Assembly: GCF_036588685.1 (NCBI RefSeq)
Contig: NC_086375.1
Coordinates: 83,266,001 to 83,330,000, forward strand
Direction: 5' to 3'
Length of the DNA: 64,000 nt
Source: Mytilus trossulus
Lineage: Eukaryota
This document shows, one piece after another, positions 23,815 to 37,933 of this stretch (position 1 is the stretch's first letter; each line of letters starts with the position of its first letter). Under the pieces are notes generated by a model. That model was not told the origin of the DNA. It saw nothing but the letters and a program-made list of their open reading frames with translations, and did no database searches. Position numbers and translations under genes: made by a program.

Positions 23815-26800
23815 GAGTTAACACTGATGATGTTTTGTGGGAGTGTGTTCCACAGTACAGAACTGTGAATAGAAAAAAGCTGTACTTGAAGTAGTCTGTT
23901 CTTGTGCTAAATGTTTGGTATCAGTCGGAAACCAGGTTGAAATAGAACAAAAGAATCGAACTCTCTATAAGCTATCAGAGAAGGCGAAAAAAGACTACTG
24001 TATAAAATTGAGAATGGAAATGGGGAATGTGTCAAAGAGACAACAACCCGACCAAATAAAAAAACAACAACAGAAGGTCACCAACAGGTCTTCAATGTAG
24101 CGAGAAATTCCCGCACCCGGAGGCGTCCTTCAGCTTGCCCCTAAACAAATATATACTAGTTCAGTGATAATGAACGCCATACTAATTTCCAAATTGTACA
24201 CAAGAAACTGATGTTTTTTTTTTTGCATTCGTCTCAAACTTTGGCAACACCCAGCCCGCAGTGATTGATTTATTATAAAAAAAATATTAAAATAAATACT
24301 GTCAGCTTCCCTCTGACTATGAATTATTATCTTTATTGTAAATTCTTTACAGATTATGTGAAACAAACCCAAATAAGTTTGTTATGAAACCCACGTGTAC
24401 ACAACGACACTAATGTAGAGTTATAAATTGACCAAAATTTCCCACATTTATTTTTAGCCAGACGATTGACCAATGAAAAACCAGTATAAAATTTCATGCG
24501 GACTGGGTGTTGCCAAAGTTTGAGACGAATGCAAAAAAACATCCCGTTGACCGACTTCTGAGGCCTGCTACTAATGATCCCGACAACAATGATAGTCGTT
24601 TCATATACCATTGTGTAGATAAATCAATTTAGATTTACGGCACAGTGGCGGATCCAGAGGGGGGGTTCCGGGGGTTCGCACCCCCCCTTTATTTTGGCCG
24701 ATCAATGCATTTGTATCGGGACATATGTTTTGCACCCCCCCTTTGCCCTGGGATAGCACCCCCCCCCCCCCCCTTTGGAAAATTCCTGCATCCGCCCCTG
24801 CGGCATATTAAGATTAAGTAGGTTTGACAACCGAGAAATAAAAAAATAACGGGAATTCGGGACTGAGTATCATTTTTCAAAAAAAATAGTTAAGTAACTT
24901 GTGTTATATTAAGGTATATAGGAAATTTTTTTTGAGACAAGTGCCTGTGCGCGTCATTCCAACAATGGCTTCCATTTCTACGATTGTGAAAATGAACTGG
25001 CGTAATGGGGAGATAATATTGACGAAGTAGACTTCTGACTGGTATTGTAATGAATTAGTGAATCTGGTGTTTTTGACTGGCTGTGGTAAAAGGTAAAGGT
25101 TTGGGTCTACTGCAATGAGATGGTGTGAGATTTTGTAAAGCATAGAGACTCGATTGATGTTTCTGCGATTTTCAAGTAACTTCCATTGAAGATGGTCGGT
25201 TACACGCCATTATTCCGACAGCCCATTAGTCCGACAGCCCAAATGGTCCGACAACCCATTAGTCCGACAACCCAAAAGTCCGACAACCCATTGCTCCGAC
25301 AGCCCAAAACTCCGACAACCCATAAGTCCGACACTGATGGTATCAGGGGAAAATAAAATGTGTCTGTCTGTATTATTACGTTTAGATATGTAATAACATA
25401 TTTTAAGACATAATCCCGTATATATAACATGAGGCTAAGGTAGTTCGAATACTTTCTATATATATTCAATTCGAAATCTGTATATATATAGAATAAAACA
25501 GAAAAGAATATGTCATTTTCCAAATTAAAGGATCTTAAAGAGCATACATTTATAAATCAAAAACAACCATTGGTGATACGAGCTACTGATGACAACCCGA
25601 GGATGACAACCCCGCCCAAACATTTCGGTCGACATGCAGGAAGTGTTTGAGTTGTGAATCTGAAAAAGCATCACACAGTATAACTGACTTATATAAATAT
25701 TGAAATCAAATTTCAGAAATAATTTCTTGTAGTTCCTGAGTAAAATGTGACGACAGTTTTCAACTTGGCTGTCACATGTTATGCGTAATGAATTTGAAAA
25801 AGTATCACACGCCACAGCCGACTTCAATTAACCTTTCAGAAATCCTTGTAATGTAGTTCATGAAAAAAGATAGAACGAAAATATTTATGGGACGGACGGA
25901 CAAACTGACGGATGGACGGTTAGACGATACGACAGACAGAGGTAAAACAGTCTACCCCCACTTTTTCGAAGCGGCAGTCTAATGATTGGGTCAACATTCA
26001 TGACATTAAAACATTACAATACTAATATGATATAATTATCTTTATAACCCTATAAGCCTCGGTCACAATCGGAGCCAAGACAAAATAGAAAAAAAACCCA
26101 ACTAACACATGGATATCAAATAACAGTCAGTATCAAGACATGTAATCCATAATTCAAAAGAACTAACAAATTGAATGTAATCATCATTTTCCCCCATAAT
26201 AGTAATGTTTTCTTGTGTTAACAAAATTTGTCTTATTTATCTTACTTTTTAAAGTTCTTATATGTGCTAGAAATATGGTGAAAGAGTTCCACCCTCAAAT
26301 TATTATGAAGTGAGCATTCGATTGAAAAATAACTCCCATCCTCAACTTTATCAGCTGTACAAAACGATTTTTTTTAGTATCGAGCATTTCCAATTCTTAA
26401 TGTAATGGAAGAGCACCGATTGTGAATTAACATTTAACCTACCTTTCTTAAAATCAATAATATCTAAATATTTTTCTTCTTCTTGAAAAATGCTTTAAAC
26501 GAAAAACAAATGTCAAGTTTCTTACAAATCACATAATGTACTAAGTTTTTAAACTTAGACAATATGACAAAGACACAAGCAGGACAAGAATGTCACACAT
26601 TGTCTTAGATTTTTTACTAGTTTGTTATTGACTTTCATACTGCAATCATTCTATTTGAGCATTAAAATGCGTTGACTGTATATTTCTGCAACAAAATTAA
26701 TTTAAATAAAACTCAGATGAGTGATACAAGGAGAGAAAGTGCTGCGAAAAAAAACGGCGGGTAGTGTCATCAAACTCCGATATATTTATTTTATATGTAG

Positions 26801-27235
26801 TTAATAGTGGGGAAAACATCACTCCCCTGATACGCGAAAAGGGGGAGCCGAAGATCTAGTTTAAAAGTCTTAGATGCATGATTTTTTTATTAGTTGTTAG
26901 TGGCTATGAACTACAGTGCTTTCAGATAACTCCGAATACTCTCAGATATGTTCCTAGTGTCTTTTTGTTGTCGGGATGTACATGTTCCCAGCCACATTCA
27001 CTTGTTTTATTGTCCATCTGATGAGTTAAGCCTTTTTCAACTGATTTTTATAGTCTGTTCTTTTGTTGAACTGTTATACCACTGTCCCAGGTTAGGGGAG
27101 GGTTGGGATCCCGCTATCATGTTTGATACCGCCACATTATTTATGTATCTGCCTGTCCCAAGTCAGGAGCCTGTTATTCAGTGGTTGTCGTTTGTTTATG
27201 TGTTACATATTTGTGTTTCGTTCATTTTTTTATAC

Positions 27236-27335
27236 NNNNNNNNNNNNNNNNNNNNNNNNNNNNNNNNNNNNNNNNNNNNNNNNNNNNNNNNNNNNNNNNN
27301 NNNNNNNNNNNNNNNNNNNNNNNNNNNNNNNNNNN
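27236..27335. other. Assembly gap (100 N)
   Basis: Run of N; true size and relative orientation of the flanks are unknown. Confidence 1.
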
Positions 27336-30300
27336 ATTAAACATAAGTCATGTGACTAACTAAACTATCACTATTATTATACCTATAGTGATTATCAACA
27401 CTACAGCTCCACCTGCAATATATTAAACATAAGTCATGTGACTAACTAAACTATCACTATTATTATACCTATAGTGATTATCAACACTACAGCTCCACCT
27501 GCAATGAATTAAACATAAGTCATGTGACTAACTAAACTATCACTATTATTATACCTATAATGATTATCAACACTACAGCTCCACCTGCAATGAATTAAAC
27601 ATGGGTCATGTGACTAACTAAACTATCACTATTATTATACCTATAATGATTATCAACACTACAGCTCCACCTGCAATGAATTAAACATAAGTCATGTGAC
27701 TAACTAAACTATCACTATTATTATACCTATAGTGATTATCAACACTACAGCTCCACCTGCAATGAATTAAACATTGGTCATGTGACTAACTAAACTATCA
27801 CTATTATTATACCTATAATGATTATCAACACTACAGCTCCACCTGCAATGAATTAAACATAAGTCATGTGACTAACTAAACTATCACTATTATTATACCT
27901 ATAGTGATTATCAACACTACAGCTCCACCTGCAATGAATTAAACATAAGTCATGTGACTAACTAAACTATCACTATTATTATACCTATAGTGATTATCAA
28001 CACTACAGCTCCACCTGCAATGAATTTAACATAAGTCATGTGACTAACTAAACTATCACTATTATTATACCTATAGTGATTATCAACACTACAGCTCCAC
28101 CTGCAATGAATTAAACATAAGTCATGTGACTAACTAAACTATCACTATTATTATACCTATAGTGATTATCAACACTACAGCTCCACCTGCAATGAATTAA
28201 ACATAAGTCATGTGACTAATAAACTATCACTATTATTATACCTATAGTGATTATCAACACTACAGCTCCACCTGCAATGAATTTAACATAAGTCATGTGA
28301 CTAACTAAACTATCACTATTATTATACCTATAGTGATTATCAACACTACAGCTCCACCTGCAATGAATTAAACATAAGTCATGTGACTAACTAAACTATC
28401 ACTATTATTATACCTATAGTGATTATCAACACTACAGCTCCACCTGCAATGAATTAAACATAAGTCATGTGACTAACTAAACTATCACTATTATTATACC
28501 TATAGTGATTATCAACACTACAGCTCCACCTGCAATGAATTAAACATGGGTCATGTGACTAACTAAACTATCACTATTATTATACCTATAGTGATTATCA
28601 ACACTACAGCTCCACCTGCAATGAATTAAACATAAGTCATGTGACTAACTAAACTATCACTATTATTATACCTATAGTGATTATCAACACTACAGCTCCA
28701 CCTGCAATGAATTAAACATAAGTCATGTGACTAACTAAACTATCACTATTATTATACCTATAATGATTATCAACACTACAGCTCCACCTGCAATGAATTA
28801 AACATAAGTCATGTGACTAACTAAACTATCACTATTATTATACCTATAATGATTATCAACACTACAGCTCCACCTGCAATAAATCAAACATAAGTCATGT
28901 GACTAACTAAACTATCACTATTATTATACCTATAGTGATTATCAACACTACAGCTCCACCTGCAATGAATTAAACATAAGTCATGTGACTAACTAAACTA
29001 TCACTATTATTATACCTATAGTGATTATCAACACTACAGCTCCACCTGCAATGAATTAAACATAAGTCATGTGACTAACTAAACTATCACTATTATTATA
29101 CCTATAATGATTATCAACACTACAGCTCCACCTGCAATGAATTAAACATTGGTCATGTGACTAACTAAACTATCACTATTATTATACCTATAGTGATTAT
29201 CAACACTACAGCTCCACCTGCAATGAATTAAACATAAGTCATGTGACTAACTAAACTATCACTATTATTATACCTATAGTGATTATCAACACTACAGCTC
29301 CACCTGCAATGAATTAAACATAAGTCATGTGACTAACTAAACTATCACTATTATTATACCTATAATGATTATCAACACTACAGCTCCACCTGCAATGAAT
29401 TAAACATAAGTCATGTGACTAACTAAACTATCACTATTATTATACCTATAGTGATTATCAACACTACAGCTCCACCTGCAATGAATTAAACATAAGTCAT
29501 GTGACTAACTAAACTATCACTATTATTATACCTATAGTGATTATCAACACTACAGCTCCACCTGCAATGAATTAAACATAAGTCATGTGACTAACTAAAC
29601 TATCACTATTATTATACCTATAATGATTATCAACACTACAGCTCCACCTGCAATGAATTAAACATAAGTCATGTGACTAACTAAACTATCACTATTATTA
29701 TACCTATAGTGATTATCAACACTACAGCTCCACCTGCAATGAATTAAACAAGTCATGTGACTAACTAAACTATCACTATTATTATACCTATAGTGATTAT
29801 CAACACTACAGCTCCACCTGCAATGAATTAAACATAAGTCATGTGACTAACTAAACTATCACTATTATTATACCTATAGTGATTATCAACACTACAGCTC
29901 CACCTGCAATGAATTAAACATAAGTCATGTGACTAACTAAACTATCACTATTATTATACCTATAATGATTATCAACACTACAGCTCCACCTGCAATGAAT
30001 TAAACATAAGTCATGTGACTAACTAAACTATCACTATTATTATACCTATAGTGATTATCAACACTACAGCTCCACCTGCAATAAATTAAACATAAGTCAT
30101 GTGACTAACTAAACTATCACTATTATTATACCTATAGTGATTATCAACACTACAGCTCCACCTGCAATGAATTAAACATAAGTCATGTGACTAACTAAAC
30201 TATCACTATTATTATACCTATAGTGATTATCAACACTACAGCTCCACCTGCAATGAATTAAACATAAGTCATGTGACTAACTAAACTATCACTATTATTA

Positions 30301-33300
30301 TACCTATAGTGATTATCAACACTACAGCTCCACCTGCAATGAATTAAACATAAGTCATGTGACTAACTAAACTATCACTATTATTATACCTATAATGATT
30401 ATCAACACTACAGCTCCACCTGCAATGAATTAAACATAAGTCATGTGACTAACTAAACTATCACTATTATTATACCTATAATGATTATCAACACTACAGC
30501 TCCACCTGCAATGAATTAAACATGGGTCATGTGACTAACTAAACTATCACTATTATTATACCTATAATGATTATCAACACTACAGCTCCACCTGCAATGA
30601 ATTAAACATAAGTCATGTGACTAACTAAACTATCACTATTATTATACCTATAGTGATTATCAACACTACAGCTCCACCTGCAATGAATTAAACATAAGTC
30701 ATGTGACTAACTAAACTATCACTATTATTATACCTATAGTGATTATCAACACTACAGCTCCACCTGCAATGAATTAAACATAAGTCATGTGACTAACTAA
30801 ACTATCACTATTATTATACCTATAATGATTATCAACACTACAGCTCCACCTGCAATGAATCAAACATAAGTCATGTGACTAACTAAACTATCACTATTAT
30901 TATACCTATAGTGATTATCAACACTACAGCTCCACCTGCAATGAATTAAACATAAGTCATGTGACTAACTAAACTATCACTATTATTATACCTATAGTGA
31001 TTATCAACACTACAGCTCCACCTGCAATGAATTAAACATAAGTCATGTGACTAACTAAACTATCACTATTATTATACCTATAATGATTATCAACACTACA
31101 GCTCCACCTGCAATGAATTAAACATAAGTCATGTGACTAACTAAACTATCACTATTATTATACCTATAGTGATTATCAACACTACAGCTCCACCTGCAAT
31201 GAATTAAACATAAGTCATGTGACTAACTAAACTATCACTATTATTATACCTATAATGATTATCAACACTACAGCTCCACCTGCAATGAATTAAACATTGG
31301 TCATGTGACTAACTAAACTATCACTATTATTATACCTATAATGATTATCAACACTACAGCTCCACCTGCAATGAATTAAACATAAGTCATGTGACTAACT
31401 AAACTATCACTATTATTATACCTATAGTGATTATCAACACTACAGCTCCACCTGCAATGAATTAAACATAAGTCATGTGACTAACTAAACTATCACTATT
31501 ATTATACCTATAGTGATTATCAACACTACAGCTCCACCTGCAATGAATTAAACATAAGTCATGTGACTAACTAAACTATCACTATTATTATACCTATAGT
31601 GATTATCAACACTACAGCTCCACCTGCAATGAATTAAACATAAGTCATGTGACTAACTAAACTATCACTATTATTATACCTATAATGATTATCAACACTA
31701 CAGCTCCACCTGCAATGAATTAAACATGGGTCATGTGACTAACTAAACTATCACTATTATTATACCTATAATGATTATCAACACTACAGCTCCACCTGCA
31801 ATGAATTAAACATAAGTCATGTGACTAACTAAACTATCACTATTATTATACCTATAGTGATTATCAACACTACAGCTCCACCTGCAATGAATTTAACATA
31901 AGTCATGTGACTAACTAAACTATCACTATTATTATACCTATAATGATTATCAACACTACAGCTCCACCTGCAATGAATTAAACATAAGTCATGTGACTAA
32001 CTAAACTATCACTATTATTATACCTATAATGATTATCAACACTACAGCTCCACCTGCAATAAATCAAACATAAGTCATGTGACTAACTAAACTATCACTA
32101 TTATTATACCTATAATGATTATCAACACTACAGCTCCACCTGCAATGAATTAAACATAAGTCATGTGACTAACTAAACTATCACTATTATTATACCTATA
32201 ATGATTATCAACACTACAGCTCCACCTGCAATGAATCAAACATTAGTCATGTGACTAACTAAACTATCACTATTATTATACCTATAGTGATTATCAACAC
32301 TACAGCTCCACCTGCAATGAATTAAACATAAGTCATGTGACTAACTAAACTATCACTATTATTATACCTATAGTGATTATCAACACTACAGCTCCACCTG
32401 CAATGAATTAAACATAAGTCATGTGACTAACTAAACTATAACTATTATTATACCTATAGTGATTATCAACACTACAGCTCCACCTGCAATGAATTAAACA
32501 TAAGTCATGTGACTAACTAAACTATCACTATTATTATACCTATAGTGATTATCAACACTACAGCTCCACCTGCAATGAATTAAACATGGGTCATGTGACT
32601 AACTAAACTATCACTATTATTATACCTATAATGATTATCAACACTACAGCTCCACCTGCAATAAATCAAACATAAGTCATGTGACTAACTAAACTATCAC
32701 TATTATTATACCTATAATGATTATCAACACTACAGCTCCACCTGCAATGAATTAAACATGGGTCATGTGACTAACTAAACTATCACTATTATTATACCTA
32801 TAATGATTATCAACACTACAGCTCCACCTGCAATGAATTAAACATAAGTCATGTGACTAACTAAACTATCACTATTATTATACCTATAATGATTATCAAC
32901 ACTACAGCTCCACCTGCAATGAATTAAACATAAGTCATGTGACTAACTAAACTATCACTATTATTATACCTATAGTGATTATCAACACTACAGCTCCACC
33001 TGCAATGAATTAAACATAAGTCATGTGACTAACTAAACTATCACTATTATTATACCTATAGTGATTATCAACACTACAGCTCCACCTGCAATGAATTAAA
33101 CATAAGTCATGTGACTAACTAAACTATCACTATTATTATACCTATAGTGATTATCAACACTACAGCTCCACCTGCAATGAATTAAACATAAGTCATGTGA
33201 CTAACTAAACTATCACTATTATTATACCTATAGTGATTATCAACACTACAGCTCCACCTGCAATGAATTAAACATAAGTCATGTGACTAACTAAACTATC

Positions 33301-36300
33301 ACTATTATTATACCTATAATGATTATCAACACTACAGCTCCACCTGCAATGAATTAAACATAAGTCATGTGACTAACTAAACTATCACTATTATTATACC
33401 TATAGTGATTATCAACACTACAGCTCCACCTGCAATGAATTAAACATAAGTCATGTGACTAACTAAACTATCACTATTATTATACCTATAGTGATTATCA
33501 ACACTACAGCTCCACCTGCAATGAATCAAACATAAGTCATGTGACTAACTAAACTATCACTATTATTATACCTATAATGATTATCAACACTACAGCTCCA
33601 CCTGCAATAAATCAAACATAAGTCATGTGACTAACTAAACTATCACTATTATTATACCTATAATGATTATCAACACTACAGCTCCACCTGCAATGAATTA
33701 AACATAAGTCATGTGACTAACTAAACTATCACTATTATTATACCTATAGTGATTATCAACACTACAGCTCCACCTGCAATGAATTAAACATAAGTCATGT
33801 GACTAACTAAACTATCACTATTATTATACCTATAGTGATTATCAACACTACAGCTCCACCTGCAATGAATTAAACATAAGTCATGTGACTAACTAAACTA
33901 TCACTATTATTATACCTATAATGATTATCAACACTACAGCTCCACCTGCAATGAATTAAACATGGGTCATGTGACTAACTAAACTATCACTATTATTATA
34001 CCTATAATGATTATCAACACTACAGCTCCACCTGCAATGAATTAAACATGGGTCATGTGACTAACTAAACTATCACTATTATTATACCTATAATGATTAT
34101 CAACACTACAGCTCCACCTGCAATAAATCAAACATAAGTCATGTGACTAACTAAACTATCACTATTATTATACCTATAGTGATTATCAACACTACAGCTC
34201 CACCTGCAATGAATTTAACATAAGTCATGTGACTAACTAAACTATCACTATTATTATACCTATAGTGATTATCAACACTACAGCTCCACCTGCAATGAAT
34301 TAAACATAAGTCATGTGACTAACTAAACTATCACTATTATTATACCTATAGTGATTATCAACACTACAGCTCCACCTGCAATGAATTAAACATAAGTCAT
34401 GTGACTAACTAAACTATCACTATTATTATACCTATAGTGATTATCAACACTACAGCTCCACCTGCAATGAATTAAACATAAGTCATGTGACTAACTAAAC
34501 TATCACTATTATTATACCTATAGTGATTATCAACACTACAGCTCCACCTGCAATGAATCAAACATAAGTCATGTGACTAACTAAACTATCACTATTATTA
34601 TACCTATAGTGATTATCAACACTACAGCTCCACCTGCAATGAATTAAACATAAGTCATGTGACTAACTAAACTATCACTATTATTATACCTATAGTGATT
34701 ATCAACACTACAGCTCCACCTGCAATGAATTAAACATGGGTCATGTGACTAACTAAACTATCACTATTATTATACCTATAGTGATTATCAACACTACAGC
34801 TCCACCTGCAATGAATTAAACATAAGTCATGTGACTAACTAAACTATCACTATTATTATACCTATAGTGATTATCAACACTACAGCTCCACCTGCAATGA
34901 ATTAAACATAAGTCATGTGACTAACTAAACTATCACTATTATTATACCTATAATGATTATCAACACTACAGCTCCACCTGCAATGAATTAAACATAAGTC
35001 ATGTGACTAACTAAACTATCACTATTATTATACCTATAGTGATTATCAACACTACAGCTCCACCTGCAATGAATTAAACATAAGTCATGTGACTAACTAA
35101 ACTATCACTATTATTATACCTATAATGATTATCAACACTACAGCTCCACCTGCAATGAATTAAACATAAGTCATGTGACTAACTAAACTATCACTATTAT
35201 TATACCTATAGTGATTATCAACACTACAGCTCCACCTGCAATGAATTAAACATGGGTCATGTGACTAACTAAACTATCACTATTATTATACCTATAGTGA
35301 TTATCAACACTACAGCTCCACCTGCAATGAATTAAACATGGGTCATGTGACTAACTAAACTATCACTATTATTATACCTATAGTGATTATCAACACTACA
35401 GCTCCACCTGCAATGAATCAAACATAAGTCATGTGACTAACTAAACTATCACTATTATTATACCTATAGTGATTATCAACACTACAGCTCCACCTGCAAT
35501 GAATTAAACATAAGTCATGTGACTAACTAAACTATCACTATTATTATACCTATAGTGATTATCAACACTACAGCTCCACCTGCAATGAATTAAACATGGG
35601 TCATGTGACTAACTAAACTATCACTATTATTATACCTATAATGATTATCAACACTACAGCTCCACCTGCAATGAATTAAACATAAGTCATGTGACTAACT
35701 AAACTATCACTATTATTATACCTATAGTGATTATCAACACTACAGCTCCACCTGCAATGAATCAAACATAAGTCATGTGACTAACTAAACTATCACTATT
35801 ATTATACCTATAGTGATTATCAACACTACAGCTCCACCTGCAATGAATTAAACATAAGTCATGTGACTAACTAAACTATCACTATTATTATACCTATAAT
35901 GATTATCAACACTACAGCTCCACCTGCAATGAATCAAACATAAGTCATGTGACTAACTAAACTATCACTATTATTATACCTATAATGATTATCAACACTA
36001 CAGCTCCACCTGCAATGAATTAAACATAAGTCATGTGACTAACTAAACTATCACTATTATTATACCTATAATGATTATCAACACTACAGCTCCACCTGCA
36101 ATGAATTAAACATAAGTCATGTGACTAACTAAACTATCACTATTATTATACCTATAGTGATTATCAACACTACAGCTCCACCTGCAATATATTAAACATA
36201 AGTCATGTGACTAACTAAACTATCACTATTATTATACCTATAATGATTATCAACACTACAGCTCCACCTGCAATGAATTAAACATGGGTCATGTGACTAA

Positions 36301-37050
36301 CTAAACTATCACTATTATTATACCTATAATGATTATCAACACTACAGCTCCACCTGCAATGAATTAAACATAAGTCATGTGACTAACTAAACTATCACTA
36401 TTATTATACCTATAGTGATTATCAACACTACAGCTCCACCTGCAATAAATCAAACATAAGTCATGTGACTAACTAAACTATCACTATTATTATACCTATA
36501 GTGATTATCAACACTACAGCTCCACCTGCAATAAATCAAACATAAGTCATGTGACTAACTAAACTATCACTATTATTATACCTATAGTGATTATCAACAC
36601 TACAGCTCCACCTGCAATGAATTAAACATAAGTCATGTGACTAACTAAACTATCACTATTATTATACCTATAATGATTATCAACACTACAGCTCCACCTG
36701 CAATGAATTAAACATAAGTCATGTGACTAACTAAACTATCACTATTATTATACCTATAGTGATTATCAACACTACAGCTCCACCTGCAATGAATTAAACA
36801 TAAGTCATGTGACTAACTAAACTATCACTATTATTATACCTATAATGATTATCAACACTACAGCTCCACCTGCAATGAATTAAACATGGGTCATGTGACT
36901 AACTAAACTATCACTATTATTATACCTATAGTGATTATCAACACTACAGCTCCACCTGCAATGAATTAAACATGGGTCATGTGACTAACTAAACTATCAC
37001 TATTATTATACCTATAATGATTATCAACACTACAGCTCCACCTGCAATAT
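27336..37050 (-). repeat. 86-bp tandem array, 113 copies; each unit is an intron 3' end, a splice acceptor and the TM-coding exon start of the cadherin gene
   Basis: Period 86 (27336 to 27422); 9715 bp plus 3 deleted bases equals 113 units. Minus strand: TTAGTCACATGACTTATGTTTAATTCATTGCAG|GT GGA GCT GTA GTG TTG ATA ATC ACT ATA GGT ATA ATA ATA GTG ATA GTT TAG. Diverged units continue to about 37465. Confidence 0.95.
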
Positions 37051-37225
37051 ATTAAACATGGGTCATGTGAAGAACGATATTATCACTATTATAATACCGA
37101 TAAAAATAATAATCCTTAAAACTGCACCTACAACAAATGAAACAGAGGTCATGTGACAAACTGAACTTTCACTATTATAATACCTATAAAGATTATCAAC
37201 ACTATAGCACAACCTACCACAAATT

Positions 37226-37413
37226 GGGTCTCATTGGGGTCTAAGTGTGACAGGGGATTGACGATTTTTTGTAAGCGTGACACGTGAAAGTCAAATTACA
37301 CTGGAAGTTGCAAAAGAAATGAGAATTGCTTTCTTACATAGTGTAAGCGGGATACTGGAATCTGACAAAACAGTAAGAGGGATCCGGGATCAGAACCCCC
37401 AAATGAGACCCCC
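37226..37413. mobile_element. Small MITE inserted in a diverged array unit
   Basis: GGGTCTCATTGGGG / CCCCAAATGAGACCC inverted ends, ATT on both flanks; array-like sequence resumes at 37414. Confidence 0.6.
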
Positions 37414-37933
37414 ATTAAACATAGGTCATGTGATGAACCTTATAACTATCTCTATTATTATAGTATTGTTTGTCAGAGTTGAATAAAAAATTGTTTTCTC
37501 TAATTTTCTTTCCTTGGCATGTGTAATACCATTAATGGTTATGAGGCTGTATAACTGTGATGATATCTATATCAGTGATTATTGCAAAGGCTTTAAATTA
37601 TTAAGCTGTGAAACTATCCATCACCAGGGGCAGATCTAGCCATTTTAAAAAGGTGGGGTTCGCAACCCAGGACAAATGAGGGGGGGGGGGGGGATTCCAA
37701 CTATATGTCCCTATTCAAATGCATTGATCAGCCAAAAAAAAGGGGGGGTCCAACCCCTGGATCTGTCAATAATGCACCACTGATGCAAGGCTCTATCAAA
37801 CCTCTAATCTATGTTACGTCATGTCACGTGAAAACTACTTAAGAAATGAAATATATAACACAATACACAAATATTAATAATTGGACTTTTTCAACATTTC
37901 TGGCAACCTATCTGACAAGTAAAACCCTTTTAC

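Larger units (their letters stand above)
18810..27235. repeat. Large inverted duplication: arms 18810-22438 and 23605-27235, 1.17-kb spacer
   Basis: Mirror-image ORFs with coordinate sums of 46043-46045. The only differences I noticed are homopolymer lengths and one substitution (19784/26261). The right arm stops at the N gap. Confidence 0.95.

Noticed and set aside
22219-23824. (NHFLILE)n ORFs
   Set aside because: Translations of the 21-bp repeat of a non-autonomous element.
20218-25827. Duplicated short ORFs as a gene cluster
   Set aside because: Non-coding repeat sequence mirrored by the inverted duplication; no domain signal.
27336-37050. CRISPR array
   Set aside because: Head-to-tail near-identical monomers with no unique spacers, no cas genes and a eukaryotic intron context.
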